In this document: piece after piece, positions 23,735 through 37,339 of the stretch
Layout: each line of letters starts with the position of its first letter
Numbering within the stretch: position 1 is the stretch's first letter
Source: Octopus bimaculoides
Lineage: Eukaryota
DNA length: 64,000 nucleotides
Assembly: GCF_001194135.2 (NCBI RefSeq)
Contig: NC_068991.1
Span: forward strand, 17,150,388 to 17,214,387
Direction: 5' to 3'
The notes under the pieces: generated by a model
Databases searched by the model: none
The model's input: only the letters and a program-made list of their open reading frames with translations
Told to the model about the DNA's origin: nothing
Program-made: the position numbers and the translations under genes

Positions 23735-24110
23735 TCAAAATTTCCTTAACAACCGTTCAGATCCTGTATGAGCGAATTCTATATGGCTAGTGTGGTCACC
23801 AGAGTTATCAGTTGTCAAGTGACCGGCTGTTTTCCTGAAGTTGGTGTAGCAGATCATTAGGTTCTTCGCATCACAGAACTCTAGAAGCCTTGTTCCCTCC
23901 TCATTTCCGGAACTAATTCCATGGCCTCTATGTACAGCATGGAAAACAGCCAGGTGCTGCCCAACATGTCCACTGAAATCACCAGCCATAAAGATAAGGT
24001 CACTGTCATTTGTCTTTGTGGCAGCCCTTAAAGAATATCATAAAAACGATCCTTTTGTTCATTTGGCAGACCCAGTTGCTAGACATAGGCAGAGATAATT
24101 GTTGCTGTGC
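23735..24110 (-). mobile_element. RTE-type LINE apurinic endonuclease fragment
   Basis: GDFSGHVG...HRGHGISSGNEEGTRLLEFCDAKNLMICYTNFRK resembles the GDFNGHVG...GxGxRNxEGxRLLEF signature. Confidence 0.85.
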
Positions 24111-25349
24111 TACTTTGCAAAACTAGTCTAAGTTTAAATATTTTATCACACATTTTGACTACCTCGATCACCTGATCAACCTATTTCTCTGCTAGAAGTA
24201 TGCCCACACCACCTACCCTGTCACTGTTGCCTTAAATACACAATCTAAAACTATAGCACAAACAGATGAATACTGTGAGGTTTTTAAGATAGTTTAACAT
24301 AATTAAACATATATGGTTGATATGGTTAACATATCAACCATATATGTTAACAAGAAACACTTGTGTATAGAGATCTAAAAGTTTTCAAAAAAAAAAAAAA
24401 AAAAAANNNNNNNNNNAAAAAAAAAAAAAAAAGAAAATACCTCTTGCTCATCACTTCAGTACTTCACTTGGCCATATGTAAAAATTACAAGAAACAAAGT
24501 CAATATAAAGATCATTGTGTATTGTAAATGTTGCAGATCAAAGATTATATTAGCTTGACATAACAGCCCAACAGCTTTTTATTTGAAGTGATCTTATAGA
24601 TAAGCTGCTTTCATAGCTAACGAGTACAAGTTTACCCCCTCACTCTCGGTGATAAAATGTGCTTGTTCATAATCTCAAGTATGGATGGCTATGCTGCTAA
24701 ACACTATAGCTAGATAACTGTTAACTAATTGAATGCATATATGTGTATGTGTTTGAGTAAAACAGGGTGTTGAATGGTGTCCCTTTATAACTGACATTCT
24801 GTCAGTTACAATGACAAGGGTTCCAGTTGATCTGGTTAACAGAACAGCCTGCTCGTGAAATTAACTTGCAAGTGGCTGAGCAGTCCACAGACATGTGTAA
24901 TCTTAACATAGTTCCCAGGAAGATTCAGCATAACACAGAGTGTAACAAGGTTGGCCCTTTGAAATACAAGTACCACTCAATTTTGCCAGCTGAGTGAACT
25001 GGAGCAGCATGAAATAAAGTGTCTTGCTCAAGAACACAACATGCCACCAGGAATCGAACTCACAACCATACAATCATGAGTGAAATACCCTAACTACTAA
25101 GCCACGTGCCTTTGCCTCTTCATATAAGAGGTTAACCACCTGACAAGTAAAAAATTCTCCTTATAGGCTTTGTGTAGTGTGTGGTTAAGAAACATGTTTC
25201 CCAGTAACATGGTTTCAGATCCATTTCCACAGTGTGTGCCACCTGGGGCAAGTGCCTTCGGCTATAGCTACAGGCTGATCAAAGCCTTGTGAGTGGATTT
25301 GATACATGGAAACTGAAAGAAGCTTGTTGTATATGTGTTTGTGTGGCAG

Positions 25350-25985
25350 TTGTTCTGGAGCAAGGGAAGGATTCAGAATGGGTGGGAGCTACAAGCCAGT
25401 AAGTTGCATAGATCACAGGAGCATTTGAAGGAGGGCAAGGGTAGATTGGGGAATGCAGCAAGGATGGTAGGATCAGATTGGAGACAAAAGAAGGTCCATA
25501 GAATCTTCTGACAAAGGGGCAGGAGTGAGGGGTGGTAAAGGAGGGGAAAGAGGATGTAGTTGGGAGATAAGTGTGGAAAAGGTGAAAGGGTTGTAGTGCA
25601 ATCAACTTGACAAGCACGGGTAAGGGTGGACAGGACAAGGATGGAGGGGTGTCCATGAGTGAACAGAGGGCAGGTATTGAGACTGAGTCCCAAAATTCTG
25701 GTCGCAGTTGCACAGACATCAGAGACAAAGGAATTGCAAGTAGGGGATGGCCTGTTTGGCGTGGGTGGGGTGGGATGGGAGGAGGAATAGTTGAGGTAGA
25801 GGTGGGAGTCCATAGGCTTGAGGAGGATGGAGGTGAAGAGAAAGTGGGTGAGGGGATTAATAGGGAGAGAGATGTTAAGGGAGTTGACAGAAGCATCAGA
25901 GATGACAGAGGTGAACTCAAGGGAAAAGTGAAAGTTGGAGACGAAAGAGATAAAATTGGTGAGGGGATATGGGCCTTGACGTAAC
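25350..25985 (-). mobile_element. Penelope-like element, RT C-terminal/thumb fragment
   Basis: Across frames: FVSNFHFSLEFT...KPMDSHLYLNYSSSHP / HAKQAIPYLQFL / LLYHPSLLPL...LQSDPTI...LPLPSFK. Confidence 0.8.
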
Positions 25986-27809
25986 CATCTACCAAATCCA
26001 TTAACACGGCTTTGGTCAGCCTGAGGCTATAGTAGAAGACCCTTGTCCAAGGTGCTACCCAGTGGGAATGAACCTCAAAACCATGTTGTTGGGGAGCAAG
26101 CTTCTTACCACACCTGTACCTTATGAATTATGAATAATAAAAAAGAAACAATTATAGTCAGTAATTCATTATATCCTATGAGAAAATGCCAAAATTCCAA
26201 ACTTTTCTTCTACGGAAAGATGTGCCATGAATGGAAAATCCCTGAAAGTGTTCAAAAATGTTTTTTAAAAGAAAAACAAGAGTGTAGGACAGAAAGTCAC
26301 TGAAGAGGTCACAGTTTGCATGACAAAGGAACTTTGACAAATAAACTAAGAATAATAAAAATAAAGCTAAAGTGAAGATGAAATAAATAGTGCATGTGTT
26401 TAACAGGCAAAAGGTTACCATCGCCGAATAAAACAATAAAAGTGTTGTAGTTGAGAAAACAAAAGTGGAAAATTAGATAACATGTTTAGATTTGGATTCC
26501 ATAACCAAGCTGTCTCATTTTGTAGATGCAAATACATAATCATTCTGATTCCAAACAGCTGTTTAGTGTCATGTCAGACTTGCTTGAGGAGATCAAAGGT
26601 GTTTCATTCATAATCATTTTACTTTCTTGCATGAGCATGACTTTCTTTTTTATATAGGATAACAGAGATGCTATATGTGCAGCAGGTTACTGTGTCTAAT
26701 GCTGTAAAGTGCTTTGTGAGAAGTTGTAAAAAAAAAACACCTGTTGCTGCATGTGTCTAATGATAAAGGATTGGTGTGAGGCTCATTACCAATCCAAACT
26801 GGCTCAAAAAATCAGATGTAAATTGATGATAATGATGATAGAAAGGAAAGTCTTAGACATGATGGGCAGGATTAGACTTCTGAAAAAAAACTATTTGTTA
26901 AACAAATAATTGATTAGCTTGTTGGTTAGACATTTAACCAATTGACTAACAATAAAGAAGTGGAACTGAAACTGTGTGTGTGTGTGTTGCTATTATTATT
27001 GGTATAATGACCCTCCCAAGACAACAAAATTTGTTTCAACATACGAATTCACATCAAGAATCTTGCAAGCCAATTACAAAAACAGTGTATTTGTTAAAAA
27101 AAAAAAATAATAAATACTGGCTCTTGACAAAAAGAAATGAAATAAAAAAAATAATAAAAAAACATAATTAATCAATGGTAGTAGATGGCCATAACAGATT
27201 TGTGTAATTTTGGTGAACACTGAATGAAAATCTTCCAATGAACAATAATAAGAAATCAGTGATGACGATGTTGAGTTTGACATAAAAACTCGCTGACATT
27301 TATAGTAAAAAAAAAAAGAATTCCTTACCACTGCATTACCCTTTTCCTCTCTTTTATTCAGTTTTTCTTTCACTTTCTACTTCTGTATTTTTTATTTTTA
27401 TTTCTTCATTGCTCTCATTCCACAACCAGCTTCAGTCTCATACCAACTCTTGTCAACTGACATTTTATCTCTCTGTTCAACTCTTTAACAATCAAATAAT
27501 CGAACTATTTACAATAAAACTACTTAAACTGATTCCTTCCCTTTTTAATATATTTTGTTGTTGTTGTTGTTGATGTGGTTTTATTCATTTGTTTATTAAT
27601 TTATCTTTTTTTTTTTTGTTTTAATATTTAATTCTATTAGTTATTTCTTAATGTTACAAAGGGTAGAATCACAAGAACCTAACTATTATGGTTGTTTTTC
27701 ACCACTGAAGGAAGCAGCTCTCGTCTTCAAAATTGTAAAGGTTAAACAGCTGCTTCTGTCACTTTGAAACATAAGAAAGAAGTCAACTGAACTATTTTCA
27801 AACTTCCAC

Positions 27810-29060
27810 ATAATTATGGTTTCAAGTTTTGCCACAAGGGCAGCAATTTTGTGGGAAAGGATGAGTCGATTACATCAACCCCAGTTTTCAACTGTTACTG
27901 ATTTTACTGACCCCGAAAGGATGAAAGGCAAAATCGACCTTGGCAGAATTTGAATTCAGAATGGAGCGACGGGCGAAATACCACTAAGCATTTCGTCCAG
28001 TGCACTAACAATTCTGCCAGCTCACCCACCTTCGTAATAATAATAATAATAATAATCCTTTCACAAGGCCTGAAATTTTTGGGGAGACGGTAAGTCAATT
28101 ACATTGATCCCAGTGTTCAACTGGTACTTATTTTATCAACTCCGAAAGGATGAAAGGCAAAGTCGACCTCAGCAGAATTTGAACTCAGAATGTGAAGAGG
28201 GATGAAATGCTGCTTAGCATTTTGCCTGGCATGCTACTGATTCTGCCAGCTTACCTCTTAATGATTCCCAAATGATAGCAATGATAATAATGATGATGAT
28301 GATTTAGCTACAAAACCAACAATTTTGAAGAGAGGTTTAGTCAATTACATCAACCTCAGTATATATATTTTATTGCCGCTAAAATGATGAAAGGTAATTG
28401 GCAGGATGGTTTCTGTTTCTGGCACATCACCAGCAGTTTTGAGATGAAGGGATGAGCTGATACTTTTATCCCCAGTATGTGACTGGTATTTTATTTTATT
28501 TCCCCAAGGAGGATGAAACCTTGGTGAGATGTGAACCCAAAATGTTAAATTCCAACACTCTAGAACTTCAGTCAATCTATCAGTTTCTTTTATTTATTTC
28601 TTTATTGCCCACAGGAGGCTAAACATAGAGGGGACAAACAAGGACAGACAAAGGGATTAAATCGATAACATTGACCCCAGTGCGTAACTGGTACTTATTT
28701 AATCGACCTCAAAAGGATGAAAGGCAAAATCGACCTCAGCAGAATTTGAACTCAGAACGTAAAGACAGATGAAATACCGCTAAGCACTTCACCTGGCATG
28801 CTAACGTTTTGCCAGCTCACTGCCTTATTAGTTTCTTTTATTGTCCACAAGTACCTACGGTATTGGTTTCAAATTTGGCACATTGCAAGACCAGCAAGTT
28901 CTGAGGTGAGTGGATAAGTCAATTACATCGATCCCAATACTCAGCTGGTTCTTATTATAAAGGATGAAAGGCAAATTTGAACTCCAGAACATAAAACAGA
29001 AGAAATGCTGCAAAGCATTTTGCCCAGCATGCTAATGATTCTGCCAGCTCACTCCCTTCC
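27810..29060 (-). mobile_element. Head-to-tail cluster of five same-strand tRNA-derived SINEs (tails A, B, C)
   Basis: Units at ~27810-28032, 28035-28258, 28270-28560 (degenerate), 28595-28826 (tail A; TSD-like AGTTTCTTT both sides) and 28860-29060. Confidence 0.85.
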
Positions 29061-31119
29061 AAATGCCTAAGATATTGGAGAAAGCACAAAGAGGAAAAAC
29101 AAAGACAAAAACCAGTGAGGTGGAGAGTACATGGAGTATAAGTGTGAGATTAACTATAACAACAAAGACCCATCAATAAACAGGTAATATAGAGCAAAAC
29201 AACAGCAAGAAAGAATTCCTAAAATAGATAAGGGGCAACCACGTTCAGGGTTTCTCACATACAACCCTGCATAACCAAAGATAAATCCCTTCTCCTAGTC
29301 CCTACTGCCAACTTACAGCCATAGAAAATAATAATGAGTTATGGTGTCATTTGAACTATAACTCATAGGAAAAAGTTAGAAGAGGTGGCAGAAAGCAGAC
29401 ACAAGTCAAGTGAAGAAAGACAGCAATGAAAGTGAAAAATGTATGCATAGTACACAAAACACAAGACAGAAAAGGGAACAGTAAAAGTGTCATAAAGAGG
29501 AATGGGTGAATAGGCATATCAGGAGTAATGCTAGCTAATTTGGGAAGAATGAATATTTTTGAAGGATGCAGTGTCCTAACAGCAAACGAATGGTGTGGAT
29601 AGTTGTTCTCTGCTTCAAGAATTCATAACATGAAAAAATGTTTCTGGAAGTCATGAATGTTGCACTATATTTTTTTATTTTACAACCATATGGTAGAGAT
29701 ATTGAATTCAAATAGATGACCAAAGTTGGAGTGGGAAAGATGGTAGATACTTGCAAATTTTGCCACTGTTGCTCATCTTTCATAAAACACACTAGAAGAC
29801 ACCACACTGCTTTTCTCCTCAACTGGTACTCGAAGAAAACTTGATGAGGACATGTCCTGAGAGAAAAAGATCTGTCCTCAACTCTCTTGACCTCATCCAT
29901 CAACACAAATTCTTTTTCCATACACACTAGACAGAAGTTGCTGAGTATTCTACAGACAAATGTACCCTTCATATAATCCTCAGGTAGACTCAGTGTGTCA
30001 AGACTAGACATTAAATTACAAATACAATGAGCTTCTGCACAGTTTCTGTCAAACCAATTTCATTCACAAAGTAGGTTTGGTGCAAGCCATAATAAATAAC
30101 ACTTGCCCCAGATACCTTGCAATGGAATTGAAACCATGACGTCATGGTTTCAAAGCAAACTTCTTAACTATTCACCTATACAGTACTTATGTCATTATTG
30201 TTACAACACCTAATAATACTAATAAAGACATCTTAAAACAAACTTTTTTGGAGAGTATGGTTGATTAGATTAAACTTACAGAGGTTACAAGCGCATAATC
30301 TATCAACCCCAGGGAGTTGAAATGTAAAGACAATTTCCAGCAGGAACTGAAGGCAGAAACATATAAGGGAGGTAACTAAATACCATAACTGTTCAATGCC
30401 TGTCACAAATTGTTTCCCAGACGAGCAAGCTTGAAATTAACATCTTTCAATATTTTTTTTTAACAAATTATAATTTCTTTTAAAATTACATGTGTACTTT
30501 TACATTTTTTAGATTCATTTTTAATCTCTCTACTTCAGGAAAAAATGAAATAAAAAACATTTTTGTTTGGTTTGAAATGTCAAACTGATTGAAAAAAAAA
30601 ACTAACTTCTCCTTTTCCTCCTCATCATCATTGTTTTAATGTCCAGTTTTCATTGCTTGCATGGGTTACACTTCTGATTCCTGATTTTAATTTAGAAATG
30701 AGCTAAAGAAGTCAAAGTTTATCTTCCAAGAATGAAGTGTTCCACTGCAGTATAATTGTTCCTGGTTACAGAAAATCTGCCTCAAAAAATTGTCTGACCC
30801 ATGCAAGTAGGGAAAAGTAGAGGTTAAAATGAAGATGATTTAAACCATGACCATCCTGTCTGTTATTTTTTCTTATACACTGTGATCAACGACCATAGTA
30901 TCCAAGGTGTTCTTTCCTCATTTTTTTAAAAATGGTGGTGGCAATGGGGAGCAGAGTGATTTGAGGGAGAAATGGTTGTTATTTCTAACAGATAGAACAA
31001 CCAGAGAAACGACAGTTCCCCTGTCCGTACATGAAGGATAGTACTGGCATGGACAATGTCATATGAACTACAAGTTATGGATAGAAAAACTATCAAGAAG
31101 AGAAGGAAAATCCAGACAA

Positions 31120-31320
31120 CCATATCTGTCGGTGTAGTTTATCCCCTGGGTGAGGACTAGTTGATCTATGATCAATGGCCATTCCAACAATAACCATATC
31201 ATTTTCTCATCTGGAAAATATTATCTATGTTCTTTTATAAGATAGTGGTGCTTGATTTGAGGGGAATTTGGTAGCTATTTCTTATGGGTCAAGCGACCAT
31301 GTAGAAGCTCCCTCAATAGA
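31120..31320 (+). repeat. Dispersed family F (GATTTGAGGG...GCTGYTATTTCTARCAGGTCRAG); related pieces ~15110-15250 (-), 34600-34740, 59735-59770, 61800-61920, 62310-62480
   Basis: Recurrent motif with shared flanks; class unknown. Confidence 0.55.
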
Positions 31321-32239
31321 TAGAAGGAATTAGTGATGTTAGATTTCAGTTTACAGGACTTCATAGATAAACCAATGGCAGACAAAGACAAATTGTAATA
31401 TTTGATTTGGTAGACTGTTGGTTGGTTGATTGTTAGGTTGGATGGATGGATGGTCCAGGCATGAAATATTGTGATCAGTTCTCACAAAGAAACATATCTT
31501 GAAGCACATACAAGCTAAAAATAATAGTATATAAATATTGGGTTGGCTTGAAAAATCCTTTTGGATAGAAGATCAAAGTTTGCCTTCAACTTTTCTCTTT
31601 CCAAAAGAGTTTTTCAACCTGACACTTACACACTGTTTCTTTATAGCTTTATTTGTGTGATTCAAGATATACTATTTGAAAATTTATAAAAAAATCATTT
31701 AATGTTCTCTCAGAAATTTATAAAGTTCTGATGACGTTAGATTTTATGTTATGTATTAATTCAACATTGAAATAAAACAACTCTTTAAAACAATTATCTG
31801 TTTTTCATTTAATAAGATTTTATAGTTTTACAGTACAAATTTAAATTGAATTTCATAAATGTTAATAAAATAATAAAAATACATATATATATATATAAAT
31901 GTATACAACTGTTTTACGTCTGTGTTTAAATTATAGCACTGGATAAATTTTAGTTAGAGCAAAAATTATTACAGCTCGACGTCGCTTATAAACATAAACC
32001 ACTTAACTACAATGTTGAGGGAAACCAGCGTTTTTTTCGTCAGTCAGGAATAGTGCAGCAGAGTTATGTCCCTTGCTAATAGGTACAGCATAAGAGGTCG
32101 TACAATAAAGTTTGAATTCTTGACCATATTGTTAGTAGTCCAGATAACCTAACCTCACAGCCGTCGTACCGTACATATGTGTACACACATATATGAGAAG
32201 ATATATAAAAGAGTATTTATATATATATATATATATATA

Positions 32240-32425
32240 TATTGTGTCTGGGGAGAGTCATAGTGCACTAACCGGTTCAATTTCCACTCGTTTATTTATC
32301 TCAGAAAGCTTTCGTCGCAAATACAGCGACAAAAAAAAAAACTTTCTGGAATAAATAAATGAGTGGAAATTGAACTGGTGAGTGTGTTATATTAAGGCAC
32401 TAGGACTTTCCCCAGACACAACAAA
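32240..32425. mobile_element. Fold-back (palindromic) MITE-like element
   Basis: TGTGTCTGGGGAGAGTCATAGTGC / GCACTAGGACTTTCCCCAGACACA outer arms; ACCGGTTCAATTTCCACTCGTTTATTTA / TAAATAAATGAGTGGAAATTGAACTGGT inner arms. Confidence 0.75.
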
Positions 32426-33163
32426 ATTTGTTTCAACACACAAATTCACATAAAGAATCTTGCAAACCAGATACAAAAACAAAGTATGTGTGTGTGTGTG
32501 TGTACATATATATATATATGTTGTTTGAAGCAGTGGACAAATTTTATATATTAACAAAAAGGTAGTAAGGATTTGGATAAAACCTATTTATTTAGTGCTT
32601 TCGTCAATAGTTTTTATCCAAATCCTGACTACCACCATTTTGTTAATATATATGCGTGTGTCCCCAGTAATATATCAATCTTGGTATATGACAGCATTTG
32701 TTACTGATACCTGTAGACAAGCATTGTTAAGCAGACAAGGTTTATACACATATTGAATTAACAAGCGTGTGTGTATGTGTGTGTTGCACTAGAGGACACA
32801 TGTAACTAAAGGTTTGGGCTTGGTAGAATGATGCACATTCCACTCCTATACCCAGTACAGTTAGACCAAAACCATCATGTCTGCAGACAGGTTGGTTAGT
32901 GTGTAGAATTCAAGCCATATTAAACAGAGAAAACATAATTGGTATTTTATAATCGAAATACTAATTACACTAATTTCAGTGTTCAATGTGTGTATGTTTT
33001 CACATATACAAATACATACATAAACACACACACACATATATATATAGGTTATATTTTCTCTTACAAAAACATAATTGCATTTGTTATAGGATTGTGCAAA
33101 GCTGCTCCATACGTGCATGTTTGTTTACACACACACACACAAGTTCGTGTAGCAACATGTAAG

Positions 33164-33390
33164 GCGGCGAGCTGGCAGAAATGTTAGCACGCCGGGCGAA
33201 ATACTTAACGGTATTTCATCTGCCGTTACGTTCTGAGTTCAAATTCCACCGAGGTCGACTTTGCCTTTCATCCTTTTGGGGGTCGATTAAATAAGTACCA
33301 GTTACGCACTGGGGTCGATGTAATCGACTTAATCCCTTTGTCTGTCCTTGTTTGTCCCCTCTATGTTTAGCCCCTTCTGGGCAATAAAGG
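33164..33390 (+). mobile_element. Complete tRNA-derived SINE, tail A, with TSD
   Basis: GGCGGCGAGCTGGCAGAA...TGAGTTCAAATTCC...TTTGTCTGTCCTTGTTTGTCCCCTCTATGTTTAGCCCC...CAATAAAG; AACATGTAAG duplicated on both sides. Confidence 0.92.
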
Positions 33391-34007
33391 AAAAAGAAAC
33401 ATGTAAGAGCATCCCTGAAGACTTAAATTTTGATGTAGTATACCTTGAGCAAGTTAGCTATAGTTCAGTGCAGTCAAGATGGTTGTAACCAACCTTGCTC
33501 CATGAACAGCAGAGTGAGAGAGGGGGGGGGGATTATGAAAATAGTGTGCTGTATTAAGCCCTATGTAATTGACAAAGGATCACTAAAATGTTACAGACTT
33601 TTAGTTGATTGTTTTAGTGTTAGCTATATCAAATGATAGAATCAGTAAAATGTTGGACTTAATGATTCATGATATTTAGTTACATTCAGAAGCTCAAATC
33701 ATACACAAGGCAGCTTTGCTTCTCATCTTTCTGAAGTCAACAAAACCAAGTTTTAGGGAACTGACATAACTGACTATACCTTTGAGAGTAGTGCTTATGC
33801 ATATTCATGGTAAAATGACTGAAATGAGGAAAATAATAAACACATGTGATGTGTTTGGATTTACAAAATTGCTAAATGCATGAAGTTTTAGTTCATCATT
33901 CAAAACTGTTGTTACTTTGAGTTTTCCAATTTCTAGGAACAGAAACAAAATATGCCTCAGAATAGATAGCAACAGATTGAAACCTCAACTCTGAATGAAT
34001 GAATGAA

Positions 34008-34046
<39 letters not shown>

Positions 34047-34134
34047 CACACACACACACACAGGGTGCAACAAAAAAATCCCAGATTCACATCTACTAAG
34101 AAATGTGGATTTGGGAGCTTTTATTTTGCTGCAT

Positions 34135-34190
<56 letters not shown>

Positions 34191-34829
34191 AACACACTCA
34201 CATTTTCCCCCAAGGTGGTCTTCACACATACAAACACATTTATCATCAAGGTGGACTTTCAGAAAATGTGAATATTGTGGTGTAAAATTAAGGATATGTT
34301 ATCATTTTTGTAATTCCAGGGCCGAAGTGCATGAATAGGCACTGTTGCAAAACACAGATATTACACTTTTCATCCTGCATCCTCTCTGCTTTTGAATCCC
34401 GGATGATTTCTTTGTTTACTTCAAATGGTGTAATGCTTTTCTTGTCAAGATTACACCATAAAATATCCTGTGTCCTGCTGTTTCAAGTTACACAGGCTTG
34501 CTCACCTGAGGTTACCTTTGTACCTCTTTCTTCAGCATCATTGACTGCATATCCTATTAACCATTTCTTCATAAAACATGTTTTATGTTGTGTAGCCCAG
34601 TTCAGCCTTGACTAAGCAGGCCTAAACTGAAAGGTGTTTGCTTTAGCCATGACCAATTTGTACTTTTCTGTCTATCAAGGACAACACTTTTCAATGGGTC
34701 CTTCTATTTTTTTTTAGGCAGTAGAGTGTGGTTACTATTTCAAGCATGAAACATATGTGTGTGTGAGCATTTTAACCATTTCTGTCATGTAACCATCTTG
34801 ATAAGCTCTGTTAGTAATAATAACAATTT

Positions 34830-35645
34830 ATAACATAGGCATAAGATCTTGGTTTTTGAGGAAAGGACATAGTCGATAAATTTGATCCCAGTATTCAACT
34901 GGTTCTTATTTCATTGACCTTAGAAGGATGAAAGCTGGCATGAATGGAACACAGAAAATAGAGGACATGACTAAATGCCTTAAGACATTTTGCCAGACAT
35001 ATTACCGATTCTACCATCTTCTACCTTTCTGATATTTGTAATAAAAATATTGTAACTTTTAAACAAACAGAGCAGTTAAGTATATATCCAGATGATGGTC
35101 AATAATTGTTTTTATAATGAAATTCAATCACAATTTACAAGCGCTATGTTTGTGCAAGTATTTCTATAAATTGCTGGTCAGATATTAAGAGTGACTACAA
35201 AAGGTAAGAGACATTTAAATAGGCTAAGTAATTTCAAGCAAATAATAATAACTGTTATTTCCAGCTTAGGTACAGGGCCAGTAAGTATGAGTGCCAGTGA
35301 TTAAAATTGACTCAAAGATTTCACTGGTAATTTATTTTATTGAGTCCAAAAGGATGAAAAGCAAAGCGGATCGTGGCAGGATCTGAACTAGGAACATAAA
35401 GAGCCAAAAGAAATACAGCAAGGCACTATAGTCAGTATTTAAGTTCTGCTACTCCCTCTCCCTAATAATAATCCTTTCTACTAAAGGCACAAGGCATGAA
35501 ATTTTGGGGGAGGGGGCTAGTCGATTATATCAACCCCAGTACATAACTGGTAATTATTTTATTGATCCCGAAAGGATGAAAGGCAAAGTCGACCTCAGAA
35601 CATAAAGATAGATGAAATGCTAATGATTTTGCCAGTTCACAGCCA
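34830..35645 (-). mobile_element. Three degenerate same-strand SINEs of the A/B/C group (~34830-35020, 35255-35460, 35465-35645); another B copy at 42945-43165 (+)
   Basis: GAAAGGATGAAAGGCAAAGTCGACC body and B/C tails. Confidence 0.75.
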
Positions 35646-35674
35646 TTCCCATCTTGACCACACTGCCATGTCTG

Positions 35675-35744
<70 letters not shown>

Positions 35745-37339
35745 AAATCTCTGAACGAGGTATTAACAGTAACTGCACGATAAAGTGAAGTATATTTGCC
35801 ACTTAAATGTGGCTGACCCCGAGGGGTGGATGTTACTGTTGCTTTTAGCCCCAGGAGGACATCTCCTCCAGCTGGCTATCGACACACTTATAGATAGATA
35901 GATAGATAAATTGATAGATAGAAGGAATTAACAATAAATAAGATTTACATTACTTTTATACATGAGTAAACAAAAAGAAGCAATATAAATATTATCATCA
36001 GTTACAGTTTGCAGGATTACAATTTAAATAGTTATGTATGTAACTTGATGCTCTACACCAACACAAAACTCCTGTATATAAAATATATTAGAAAAGTTTT
36101 ATAAAATTATTTTCAGCATAGATTCAAGGCCACAAGTTATATCAATGCCAATTTAAGACTTCTTATTATTTCATTAGCAACACCCACCCCACCTCCGAAT
36201 AAATAAATAAATAAATAAAAAAATTTAAACTGTGAAAAAGCAGGGTTGACCAAGCAGGATTTGAATTTAGAGTATAAATAAACATTGTGATGTATATATT
36301 TGTCCAGTGCTCTACTTTAAGAACAATATTTAGTACATGTATAAAAAGCATAAATGTTGGGAGAGAGTGTATAGTTGATTATATTAACCCAAGAAATATG
36401 AAAAGTAAAGATTGGACCTGGCAGGATTTTGAAGAGACCATTGTAATAATGATCATAACAAAGGCATCAAGTGTTATTCCTTCTCTCTTGCGGTCTGTCT
36501 ATGATAATATATATTTTCAACAACTTCATTGAATCTCAGATTTATATAATACACCTAAATACTTCTCTTCCTTTTGCAGTCCATTTGACAATGTTATGGA
36601 GCATTCTTTTACTTTGGTATTCCTGAAGCAGATAAAGAAGCATTGTTATTGTATTATATTCATATCATATATTGCAGTCAGTGTATGTAAAATGGTAAAA
36701 ATCCTTACTGTACTTTTGTAGCAAATAACAAAACCATCATCATCATCACTGTTATAATACATATGACATGGCTATGTGGTAAAGATCACTTTGCAACTAT
36801 GTGGTTTTGGGTTCAGTCCCACTGTGTGACACCTGTTAGTGTTTTTTACAATAGCCCTAGGCTGATAAATGTCTAGTAAGTGAATTTGGTAGACAGAAAT
36901 TATGCATAAGTCCATTGAGTATGTGAGTATATCATCATCACTTAACGTCCGCCTTCCATGCTGGCATGGGTGGGACGGTTTGACAGCTTCCTAACACCAA
37001 CCACCCAGTAGAGAGGACTTAGTGCTTTTTATGTGGCACAACACAGGTGAGGCCAGTTTTGGCATAGTTTTTACAGCTAGATGCCCTTCCAAATGCCAAA
37101 CACTTTACAGTGTGGACTGGGTGCTTTTAAGTGGCACCTGCACTGACAGGGTCACCAAGTACTTGCAAGACAAAAAAAATTTCTTTTGAGAGGGGAGGGC
37201 GTATTGGAAGAGGTGATCTTGTGTCAGATGATGAAAGGTTACAGTGAGACAGAGAGACAAAAACAGATGCCTTGCTGTAGAAGAGGTACAAGGTTACCCA
37301 GAGAGAGAGAGAGAAATCGGGAAGGAAGATAGAAACAAG

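Noticed and set aside
25279-26007. 242-aa Pro/Ser-rich ORF as a host gene
   Set aside because: An alternate frame of a C-rich Penelope RT remnant; the Penelope motifs are spread across frames.
29535-30011. 158-aa minus-strand ORF
   Set aside because: No recognisable motif; lies among LINE and SINE debris, and its 5' end abuts a family D SINE remnant.
33164-33250. tRNA genes
   Set aside because: All A/B-box segments are SINE heads continuing into SINE bodies; no complete cloverleaf with terminator seen.
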